DNA of 63,940 nt, counting the filler, from Polymyxa betae A26-41 (Eukaryota > Protista > Endomyxa: Phytomyxea): assembly GCA_003693705.1 (NCBI GenBank). It is 6 parts of 6 records of this genome, joined end to end, with 100 filler letters (N's around TTAATTAATTAA, not from the genome) between each part and the next. Parts side by side here need not be neighbours in the genome. Positions count along the whole stretch, not along the records: positions 47,447 to 52,401 come from RBZT01000942.1; positions 52,502 to 58,156 come from RBZT01000864.1; positions 58,257 to 62,084 come from RBZT01000875.1; 3 more parts are not named here. The stretch is one strand, 5' to 3'. Made by a program: the position numbers and the translations under genes. Under the pieces are notes generated by a model, which was not told where the DNA came from, ran no database searches, and saw nothing but the letters and a program-made list of their open reading frames with translations. Position 1 is the first letter of the stretch, and each line of letters starts with the position of its first letter. Below are positions 48,230 through 59,445 of this stretch, piece by piece.

Positions 48230-50152
48230 TCCCAGCTGTCTGAGCGAAAACGGATGAGTTCATGATTGCACACGTTATTGTGCGCAACGATGGATTTGGA
48301 TGTTTCCGGTGTCATGGCTGTCTTGACATTCAGAATATTGGAGGAGATGGTGTACTGCTAGGAACAGGCCTCTTTTCCCAGGACCTAGGGTGTGAGATGG
48401 TACATCATCAGCGACGATATCGTCCGTAGGGTCAGGTGATAAGTCCTCTAGTGGCGTAATGATTATGCGAATTCTCGCAAAAACCCTACCTTTTTTCTGG
48501 AGCTCTTTGATCATTTTTCAATCGGCCGTTCACCACGATCGAGTTGAACATGTAAGCAGGAGATCGCCGGGGTCTGTGAACTTTAAGTCTTTTCCTGAAG
48601 AACGCGCTAGCCGTGCAGAAACGAGAATTTGGTAGTTATAGCTTATAATCGATTATAAATGGATCGTCTCGTCATCAAGGTCTGGTCGACACAGCCGGTG
48701 TACAAACACCTCAAGTACCGGTAGAGGCTCCATGGATTTCACTGTTGCTGTTGAGAGGCCCAGCTAATTCAGATCCTCACCAGAGTCGAAATCTTTCATG
48801 ACCTTGATCAAAGCTGGAGTGTGTGCGGACCCTAGCCAGTGTACGTTCTGATTTCAAACCAGAGTTCTTGGAAGGTATGATTTCGATACATGTGATAGGT
48901 CAGCAATTGGAAGAACGACGACCTCCAGGACAGCGACTGCCAGAACAGAGGAAGCCGCAGCACATGTAAACAGGAGAGAGCAGCGCTACATCCACTCAAA
49001 CTGCGTGGCGGGGCCTTTGCGCGCCAGCCGGCGCGAGCGGCTAATCATGAGAGGGATAGCCGCTCTGAAAGGGCTTCAATTCTGCAGCTGGTTTTCTGTG
49101 CTTCTGCTGTTGACTTTGTGATAGACCGGCCGGAGGGAAAGGGGCTTTAGCCGAATCTACGAAACCAGATGAAAGAATCGATATCGAGACGTTAAGATTC
49201 CAAGTCTTTAATAAAAAACACCGTGCCCTAGCGGCTCTTTTGGATGAATGTTGCGCTTCTGAAAGTGCGAGATAAAACTACCACAACTTCAATTATTATT
49301 TTTTCTAATTCATGTGGCATTGTAACCGCTCATGACTATTTGCATCTGCTCTAGACCGTTTCCATCTTTCTATCTTCACATTTTTGAATTGTATTCCATG
49401 GAGAAGAGCTGCTAATGGCTGGCAGACTATAAGGCTGGGATTTCTTCGACCCTCTCAGGAATGTCGTCTCTCATCTCTTTTACGAACGAAACCATACCGT
49501 TGATCTTACGGACTCGTTCCAAATCAAGTTGAAATCTGAACATCGAGCTCGGTATATTCTCGGTCTAGAGCCGACCAGACCCGAATTTGCTTCGACAAGC
49601 TTGAACTTGATTTGAACGCTATATTGATGGTTACTGGCGTTTCTTAGATGTTGACTGGAAGAAACAATCAATCACGAATCGTTGTCAGCAAACTTACGAT
49701 TACGTCCAGATGAAATGGGTCAAATTAATGGCTGCCGAGACCTTTCGATTGATTAAGAGTCAATAGATTATTTGATATTTTTTCAAAAGTTTCCATGTTA
49801 GTTGTGATCAATTATTTTCTAAAAATGAGTGCGTTGTCAATTATGGAGGCAGCATTTCGACCCTGCATATGGCTCCTGGGTATCAAATCCAGCTTGCTGC
49901 CAAGAAGTTGCATTATAGACCCAAACCAAAGTTAAAGGTGCGATATAGAAAACTCCAACAACAATATGCATCATATAGGCTCTATGCTGGTTAAAGGTCG
50001 CTTTGTTTCTGGCAAGATGCTACTAGAGATAGAGATCCACCAAATTTGACACAATGAATTAATTGTATATAAAACAGAAATCCACAATTTGACAAAAAGC
50101 AACGAAACGGAGAGTCCCGAAAACTGGCTATTTGCTGATCATGATCCAGTCA

Positions 50153-51139
50153 TTAGAGGCAAGAAAAGCAAGCAGGACGGCCTTGGCGAGTGCAATGTGC
50201 GCACAGCTTCTTCGCATGCTGGCGTCTCGGAGGCATCGCCGGCTGGGGTTTCGGAGGCATCGCCGAAGGACGGGTCGTGCTCGCCGGTTTCGGCGCCGGT
50301 GCTTGCCTGTTCGGTGGCCGAGAACCATTCGTCTGTTGATCTTGTTGCTGTTTGGACGCTGCCTCGGCCTTTGCAGCCATTTCTCTGTGTTTCTGATCTC
50401 CTGCCTTCTGGTACTCGATCAGCTGCTCCTCAACCGATATCGTTGATTTCGATTTCGCAGCGTCGGCGTCGGAAGCGTTCTGTACACCTTCGACGGCATC
50501 TGAGGTCGATTCGTCACCACCTTGTAGGCCTTCTTGGGCGGTTGATTCCTCACCAGCCTTAACGCCTTCTTGGCTGGCATCAGAGGCTTTATCGTCCGCA
50601 TCGGATTCGACAGCCGACGAAGCGGAGCCCGCCTCTTCTACAGCGTCCTTCTTCTCTTGAACGGAGCTTCCAGAGGCAGCTCCATTCGATATCTGTGGAG
50701 CGGTACCCGCAGCAGATTTCGATTCGGGATCGTTCGAAGTCTTTCGGGAAGTTGTGGAAGCGGCACTCGCAGCAGATTTAGGTTCGGGATCGTTCGAAGT
50801 CTTGCGGGACGTTGTAGAACGAGATCCCTCATCTTCATCACATTTAGGTCTCGAATTGGCAGATTCCGAAATCTTGGAGAGGATTCGCTGACAGCATTTC
50901 GAATGAGATTTGGATCTCGATTCGGGCTGCGAACAATTCTTGATATCATGATCTTGATGAACTGTGTCATCAGAAGATGGCTGTTGGTCTTGTGATGGCG
51001 ATTCCGAAGAACGCAGGTCGGTGGTAGGCTGAGGGGGCGGATTCGAGTCCTTTGGACGCAGCCCAAGAACCAGGCCGAGGACGAGCCCGGCAGTAATAAG
51101 CACGATGCCACCGATAACAAATAGAGTACGACGATTCAT
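50153..51139 (-). CDS. Low-complexity single-pass (signal-anchor) protein, 328 aa
   Basis: N-terminal hydrophobic LFVIGGIVLITAGLVLGLVLGL; S/A/D/E/P-rich tail; 20-aa-period repeat STTSRKTSNDPE(P/S)KSAA. Confidence 0.7.
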   Translation of the reverse strand: MNRRTLFVIGGIVLITAGLVLGLVLGLRPKDSNPPPQPTTDLRSSESPSQDQQPSSDDTVHQDHDIKNCSQPESRSKSHSKCCQRILSKISESANSRPKCDEDEGSRSTTSRKTSNDPEPKSAASAASTTSRKTSNDPESKSAAGTAPQISNGAASGSSVQEKKDAVEEAGSASSAVESDADDKASDASQEGVKAGEESTAQEGLQGGDESTSDAVEGVQNASDADAAKSKSTISVEEQLIEYQKAGDQKHREMAAKAEAASKQQQDQQTNGSRPPNRQAPAPKPASTTRPSAMPPKPQPAMPPRRQHAKKLCAHCTRQGRPACFSCL

Positions 51140-52501
51140 GATAGAATAACGAGAGATTGGTGGAATGATGCCGAGTCAGGATTGAATCCAGGTCCGCCCA
51201 TCTCGCAGATCTGCGTCGCAGAGATTGTCATTGGATCCGGCCACGAGATCGTGCAGTTTCTTTATCCTGACGAAACTATCGAAGTTCTGCCTTCAAGAAA
51301 TGCTTGATACTTAATAGGGTGGCATCTATTGAGTCCCTCACAGCTCGTCTTGATAATGATAGAGATCCTTCAATCAGCAATAGAAAGACCGAAACTGCTT
51401 CCTCGAGCTCGCGTTTTTATGAATGAAGCAATACATTCTTCTGGCCGATAATTAGCTCTGAATCTCAGATCATTGCGAGCTGAAGTCGGTTCCATTTCGG
51501 ACACCCATTCGCAGCTGTCCGTAATTGTACAGGAAGTCACGAAACGCCAATATGAGCTGTTTAACGACAACGATCTATCGAAGCTTGTCTAAACTGTCCA
51601 GCGTTTGTTTATTGTTATGTTTGTATGAGTCAAAGGACGAAACCCTAATAGACATACATGACAGGCAAGCAATGACAGGCAGAGCTTGCATTCTGTAGCC
51701 GGTTGATGAAGCTCCCATTGAGTCATCTGCTCCGATACAAGATGATCTTCGGCTTAGGATCTTTCAGCCAATTCCGGAAGCTTTTGCAGCATCGCGAACA
51801 TGTCATGTTTGCTCGTCGACCTCATCGAGGCGCCTTTAGCTTTGCCATCCTGGTGGATGACGCTTCTTCTCTTGCGATAGATCTGCGATCTCAGATTATA
51901 TCTGAGAAGCAGCAGGAGCAGTATATTCGGTTCGGGGTCTTTTGAAGGCTCAGAAGGCGCTGTATGATCCTGATCACATGACCGTCTCAGATTCGCAGTA
52001 ACAGAGCTGATTTTGGAGACGAATCGCGAACAGATTGAAAGGGAATGGATCGAAATCTTCGAGTTTATTGATGAAATGTGTTTTATGGCGTCATTCCGAT
52101 CTTTAACCAATTCCTGTGACGGATTGAGACCGATATCTCAGTAGGATCGATACAAGCTTGGTCAATAGCGTCACCAAAAGGTTCTTGAGGAACCGACGAG
52201 CTTCCTTGCGATAAAAATTGCAAAATCAACTCGCAGGGATGAGAGAGTTGCTTGATGGTGACGTCTGATGATGTTTAACGCGAAGTAGAAAACAAGCCCG
52301 ACTATGTCTGCGATGCTGCCGGCAATAAATCTTCTGTTGACAATAGAGCTGTCCGTAAATAAACGTATTTTTTTTCGCATCTACAGTTGCGGCAATCTTA
52401 ANNNNNNNNNNNNNNNNNNNNNNNNNNNNNNNNNNNNNNNNNNNNTTAATTAATTAANNNNNNNNNNNNNNNNNNNNNNNNNNNNNNNNNNNNNNNNNNN
52501 N

Positions 52502-54664
52502 CTGATCAATCATTAGCATCGATAGACTCAGTTGTTCTATTTGTCTTGAATGTGAGACCGCCTCACTACACACCATGTAGCATCAAATGCCACTGAGCGT
52601 TCTTCACCAGAGTTTGAGATGGTATGTAGGGATTGAATATTTCTGGAGATCCTAAATTGCATCCATATCAGTTTTGTAAATGGCAATTCAATAAAATGGT
52701 TACTATCGGGTCGCATCAGATTCTTCAGTCTCCCAGAGATCTCCGCTCGGCTGCCTTTAATCAAAGCCCAAGGTAGCTTGGTGCCATGGTCCCAGACATT
52801 CGGGAGCCTGTTCATGTCTTGTTCAGCGAGGCGAGCTTCTTGGTCGAAGACGAGGCCGCTACCGCCAGGCTCACAGTCAAGCGCCTCGATTAGCGTTTTG
52901 GCAACGTTCTGAATGCTCACTTAGTAAAGAGCATTACATCAAAAATGACCGAAATTGTTTCTCCCAAATGGTGCATGAAATCTGACTTGAACTGACGTGA
53001 AGGATCCCATCTGTTTGCCAAGTGTTTTGAAAGAGAGTCGACACCGTAAAATCCACTTTGCTTGAATGGGTGTTTAGGCTCTTTTGTTCTCTCATAGGGC
53101 TTGAAATTGCTATAGTCGCTGTCGCATTGTTGGACTCTCTCTTCATGTTTTCGGCGCTCGTAGCCTTCGGATTCCAAACCTATACGTCAAGCAAACAATC
53201 AATAGCAATAAGGTAGAGCCAATTTCGCTACCTGAACAGCGTATCTCGTCCTGGGTATATAGGAGAGGTGATGTATCCTTAGGATTGAATCCCAGAGAAC
53301 ATGGGATATTGATTGTTTACCTTAATGAGTGGTTTTTTTTGGCAAGAATCGATATGAACCGAGTCGACATGTACGCCTAAAGCATCGTATCCCTTGTATC
53401 TTGCAGATGCATGCACCATTGATGCTAGTTGCGTCTGCTTTCTTAGACGCCTTAGCCCAAGTTGTAAGTCGGCCATGCTGTTCATTAGTATTAGTTTAAC
53501 CTGTATCCAATTCTATAAGTACAAGATAAACGACTATAAGAAATTGTTACCCTCCGCAGTTTCGATCGTGAAGCGTCGAATATACAGAGACCGTTTCGGT
53601 TGATAATATTGAGTTCATAAACTATGATATCAAAGAAAGCTTGGCTTGGAAAGTAGGAGCATGTGGCCATTACAACAGAGGATGGCTTACATCTGGCAGT
53701 CGGAGGCAATGTCAAATAGGAGAAGAGGTGAGGCCATACCGATATTTTGGAGGAGTTGTGAACTCTTGCCCCATCGTAACAGTGCGATAATGCTATGACC
53801 ATGGTTTCAATGTCTACATGCCGTTCGTTGAATTTTGATCAAAAAGCAATTCGAATCATACCAAATCATACCTGAACTATTGTTTATCATCTTCAGGGTC
53901 TCAGGAGAATGAAATGGAACATAGATATCATAGAACAGATCGCCATGCAGCCAATCTGTCATCAGCTCTTCTTTGATGTGTGACTCTTTGTATCTATCAA
54001 CGTGTTTTGAAACGTCACGATATCCTTCCCAAAACAATTTCGCCAGAGAGCGGAAAGCGAATCGCATCTTAAACATATCAGTAACAATTGACAGGTTTGG
54101 AAAATCACACTACCTGAATATAGTATGTTAACGGCCAGTACAGGAAGGACTTTGAATTTTAGACGCTCAGAAAAGCATTCAGGGCACCGGTCCGCGTCTT
54201 CAAGATCCATAATGTAAACGCAATGATATATGGACATGATTGAAGAGCTACGAAACTGTGTTTTTGGCCTGCTTCCAGTTGGTTGGAAAATTGTCGTACA
54301 GCACAATGGGATCGCCAGAATCTTCATCAGGTTTTGTGGACATTTCTTGAAGGTACATGCCCAGCAACTCATCAAAGTTTTTGCTGTTAATACTGAATCT
54401 GAACCGCTGGTCAGCAAACTCAACAATCTTTGTTTTTACTTTCTGCAAGTGACGGCGACTAGAGAGTCCGAGTTCGCTCATTTGATTTTGATGTACAGTT
54501 GGAAGCACCTGTAGCATTGCCCTAGCTTCGGTGATTGTTTTGGTGATTTCTTGTTCGAATTTTGACAGCGTACGCGTGTTGTCCTCAGGATCAGAAAATC
54601 GATAACAAGGCGAAATATTTCCGTTAAGATCAGCTGATGAGCAGGAAACAGAGCAATCTAACAT
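52502..54664 (-). mobile_element. CACTA/EnSpm-like transposase pseudogene
   Basis: HC...RCPEC, MTDWLHGDLF, YDGARVH..SVWP..LTLPPTAR, GFYG, DFMHH, in the order typical of CACTA-type transposases; fragmented. Confidence 0.7.
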
Positions 54665-54686
54665 TCAGTTGATTAGAGAGGAATAA

Positions 54687-56167
54687 TTACTCGTTCGACG
54701 ATATACCTGACTCAATGATTTCGAACTGCATGTCGTCGCCGCTTCCAGCTTGAGGAGGCGATTTATTTGGGTTCTGTATAAACTTGATTAAGGTCGGAAC
54801 GAGTTTTTTCAACTTCTTAAGTGAGAGATTGTTACAGTGAAAGCCGGCCAGTACCTTGCGATTGAGCCCGAAGCTGGAGATTTTCAGCCAACTTTTCGTC
54901 ATCGCTCCGATGTTTTTTCCACGTGTTTGGATATCGAATTTTGCCTTCGCATTTGTGTGTTGTGCAGAAGCAACGCTTTTGCATTCCATTCTTCGTTCTC
55001 TTTAACCTCTGGGATGCCATTACTATAGAAGGGTTGGCTACAGTTCAAAGTAAGATCACCAGGTACAATAGATATTCAAAGAATTGATCGCATTTAGTAG
55101 ATATATAAATGAAGATTCTTGGAAGAGTCCTTCAACTGATCTTGAAGCATCTTGATCATGCATTTACGAACTTTCTGGCCTGATGGTGTGTGGATTTCAA
55201 AACGAACTGAGTCGACGGATCCTTCAGGCTCGAATTCAGAATCGACTGACGCCAACAACATTCCCATTGTGTTATTGGGAAATTTCCATTCATCATCAGC
55301 TTCTGTCTCATCTGTAGGAACACCTTTCCTCTTCTTTGCCTTGGTTTCAGCATCTCCAAGCTTGCCTTTTAACTCTGAAAACAATGTGTTTATATAGTAA
55401 CCCATCATCAAGTAATTTCTACCTCTTCTCACCATGGAACGATTGGGATCGAAATGTGGGAGCCTTTGCTTGATTTCGTTCAGTATTCAGTAGGATCTCG
55501 GCATCTGAACTAGTTGCTGTCTTCTTCATGCTGTACAATTTCAGAATCGTAGAACGAGAGATTAAACAATGACATCACCCGTGCATCGTGATTTGCTCTC
55601 GAAGTAGAGCCCCATGGCTTTTCGTTCTTCGGTGAGCTGCTGACGATTTGTAATGCCGAATTTCTTCAGAACTCAGGCGAAATTGGGCCGCTTTTGGGAT
55701 GGTCCCGCCATTGTTTTCGGTTCCAATAAGTATCCCGAATTGATGACAATTTTTGGTTAGTCGTTATTGCTGGCCGACTTGCTGCTTGAAAAGATGAGTT
55801 AGAGCATTTGAACCCCGCATCAGATATCTTGCATATTACATGATAGCTCGTGCAGATTTGCAACGAAACGCAGATTTGGACAGAGTTTTTCTTGGTTAGA
55901 GCTGTTTGAAAACACCAAAGGAAGGTTTTCTGCATCGTAAATCTTGGAACCCCTAACTGCACGATGCGTTTCCAAATCGATTTCTTCACCATGTAATACT
56001 GAGCGATCAGCATATACCTTGTTCTCATCTTGCAATAGCTCTACGCGGGCAATCTTTTTGGAATTTGTTCCATACCAAACGATCGATCCAGCAGCAGCAA
56101 TTTCCATTTTAGTACCAATTCTGCGCAGGTGTTGTCTGAAGTAAACCTCGAATCGAAAATTTGCCAT
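54687..56167 (-). pseudogene. Fragmented ORFs upstream of the CACTA-like transposase (possible accessory ORF)
   Basis: Co-oriented short ORFs including a CFCTTHKC motif; no family recognised. Confidence 0.3.
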
Positions 56168-56402
56168 ATTTATTTAAATTCTATCCAGCGCTGTAAATTT
56201 TTCGTTGAAATAGATGTTTTTGGTATGAAAATTGGCGATTTTAGCTCCGATTCCAGGATGCAGGTCTTTACGCAAGTCCGTGGGCGGTTTAAATTTCATC
56301 TCCTATTCATTAACCACTGTCGTTGTTGCTGTCGTTGTGAAGTTCAATCTTAACCATGCTGCATTGGGCGTGCACAGAGTTCTGATTTTCTCAGCTCTGG
56401 GT

Positions 56403-58156
56403 TGTATCAGATTTATTAAGAAAACATTATACAAACTTATATTCCTTTTAAAGTGCGTACGCAGATTGAAGATCAGCGCACGCAGAGAAGCCTTGATGAC
56501 TCACGCATAAATCTGATGCGTAACAAATATGCGAACAAGACTAAAGTATGATGACGTACCGTAATATTAATGGGCTCGACCCCCACGGAGTCCGCACGGT
56601 GTCCGTACGGACTGAGCTGAATGAAGCTGGGATTCGAGCTGGAAATAAAACACAATTCATTTTACCACTGACTGAAGTGCTGCCGATTTTAGTAACAACT
56701 TTATCGCGATCTGACGAAACCGCTCTAAAGAATTCTTTAAGGGCTACACGGCGAAGAATCTGATGGATCGTAGCTGTGTTTTGCAAGAGGAAACGGACTC
56801 CGATTATGAGGAATCGGGTGGACGTGTAACTGTCGTTGATGAGAATGTTGAGGGTAAGCCCAGCTCGCGGACGGCCAATGAGGAACTGGTTCAGAAGCAG
56901 CGGGCAGGCAATCGGGTGGCCTCTGGTAATGTTACTCTATTAGAGACCAACAAAGCCCCCGAGTTGAAGACCGCCGACCCGAAAGACATTTTGCGCTTTC
57001 AGCAGAAGCGCCAGAAGTACGAGCGAATTCACTATGAATCTGGAGCAGATGGGTCCCAGATTCGCTCGTTAATATCCATGTTCGAGCCCAATTTCCTATT
57101 CGCTGTATGCCGTTATGATCTTCATAAGGCAATTGAGTAAATACAGGAACAGGACCTGGAGGAATGGATTGCAAGAGTCCTACGTGACGATCGGTCGCGG
57201 GACATTTTGCTGGAGAGGAAAATGTCGCAGCTCAAAATGAGGATGACTATTGAGTCTGCTGGCGCCCGGGTTCTTTCACTAACTACCGATTTTCATCGGA
57301 TGTGTAAGGATTACGGATGGGAGCGTCTTTTTGAGAGCTCTGATGGTAAAAAGCATCATGTAAAATTTTTACTGAATGCTATTGAGCCTGAAGGTCTAAA
57401 AGAAATGATCTCTGACCGTCTAAGTCGGGAGGCGCATCTGGCGAAGGATCCGGACGCGTTTATTGAAGTTCTGATGGAAGCTGCTGTCTACTATCAGGAG
57501 ACGTCGCTCTACCAACGGTCGACTATAAAGGCGTCGACAACAGGTAATAAGCGTCAGAAAACAGCTGACAATACGACTTTCAAGGTGCGGGTCCACCCGA
57601 GGACAACCCATAATGAGGACACGGCGAAAGGTAATCGCCAATGGAAGGACGGGAAGAAGGCTGATAACTCCAACTTGGACTGTTATCACTGCAAAATGCC
57701 CGGTCATCCGGTCTACAAATGTCCGGAAAACCTGACTAAACAGCAGGTTTACGAATATTTAAAAAAGAATGCTAATAAAGCCAAGAAGCCTTCCAACTAT
57801 ACTTGGGTTTGCCACATTGTAGCTAGTGAGGATAGCGAAGAAGTGTTAGTGAGGATAAATAATAGGCTTTATTTTCCTGCAATCTTGGATAGTGGCGCTA
57901 GAGGGGTGTCTCTTATACCACGCACTGTCGCAGATGAGGCTATCCGGAATGATCCGAGTGTTACGTTACACGAGCTAACAGAGCCAGAACGACTGAGGTT
58001 GGGTGATAATAGCTCAATTGTAGAAGTCACGGACTTTGTTTGCGTAACATTGAGGCTGCGCACAAAAGCTGGTGATCTGATCACAAGGAAGAGGGAGTGT
58101 CTGATTTGGGACGTGCCCAGTGATGAGATTATACTGGGGAGTGACTTATTAGAGGA
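56403..58156 (+). mobile_element. Ty3/Gypsy short 5' LTR (~56403-56525), gag and protease, cut by the gap
   Basis: CYHCKMPGHPVYKCP knuckle; AILDSGA protease; IILGSDLL. In-frame TAA at 57138. The LTR start TGTATCAGATTTAT recurs at 47333, just before a linker. Confidence 0.9.
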
Positions 58157-58256
58157 NNNNNNNNNNNNNNNNNNNNNNNNNNNNNNNNNNNNNNNNNNNN
58201 TTAATTAATTAANNNNNNNNNNNNNNNNNNNNNNNNNNNNNNNNNNNNNNNNNNNN

Positions 58257-59445
58257 GAGCCTCAAGCGGCACTCGTTGCCGATGTCAAGAAGCGTGGTAA
58301 AGGACGAAACCGGAAGAAACCCGGCAAGGGTAATAACCAAGGCGTAAAAGATTCCGAAGACGATGACAAATGCCGACGATGCGGTCAAACTGGTCACTGG
58401 GCGAGAGGCTGTCGCGCGAAGGTCCCACAGAAATCGGACAAGAGCAAGAACCAGCAGGAAGCTAATGCCACCGACCAGTACCTGTTCGCAGCGACCGAAT
58501 GCTCTTCAACATCAGGCTCGTGGCTTATGGACAGCGGCGCATTGTCCCACATGGTAAACCGCTTTGACTACCTGTACGAATCAAGAGAGCTATCACCCCT
58601 CGTCCGGGTCGTCCTTGGAAACGGCGATAGTGTATACGCAACGCATATCGGCCGTGTGATGTTGACCCCACACATCACCCTCAAGAATGTTCTCTACGTC
58701 AAGGGCCTGCGCGAGAACCTTCTCTTTACAACAGCGGCCTGCAAGACCGACGGCATCAAAGCCAAGCAAGTCAAGGACAAGTACGACATCGTTAAGGACG
58801 GACGCGTGCTGATATCGGATCCCGGAAAGGTGGTATGTTTCGCTTCAACGCGATCCCCACGAAGTTCGACCCGACAGGACAAGAGGTAGCCATGCCAACT
58901 ATTGAAGAGCTTCATCGACAATGTGGTCACTCATGCTACGCGACGATAAAGGAGATGATATCAGCCGGCATCCTACCGAAGCCAGATTCCGAGGTCACGA
59001 CGACTCCATGCGACGTTTGCGCTAAGGGTAAGATGACAAGGCTTCTTATTCCTAAATAGGGAACCAATGCACCACGGAAAATCGGCGAACTCGTTCACAG
59101 CGACCTCTGTGGCCCAATGCGTACGCAATCCATTCAAGGGAGCAAGTACATCGCGACGTACATCGACGACGCCACAAACTTCGTGCACGTGGCCTTCCTA
59201 AAAGAGAAGTCGGACCAGCTTCAAGAATTCATCGCGTACGATCGCGCCATGGAAAAGCAATTCGATGCACCAGTCCGGATTTTCCTCTCCGATGGAGGCG
59301 GAGAGTACACAAGCAAAGCAGCAGCAGAGTACATGCGAAGCCGCGGGATCAAGTTTGAGCGCTCGACGCCCGGCACTCCGCAGCAGAACGGCAAAGCAGA
59401 GCGTATGAATCGGACCCTTTGCGAGATGGAGCAATGCTTGAGAGC
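58257..59445 (+). mobile_element. Copia fragment (gag knuckle, protease, integrase), frameshifted
   Basis: CRRCGQTGHWARGC; WLMDSGALSHM; HRQCGH...CDVCAKGK; VHSDLCGPM; QQNGKAERMNRTL. Confidence 0.93.

Noticed and set aside
46140-49200. Coding-like fragments flanking the chromovirus end
   Set aside because: Interrupted, with no recognisable family.
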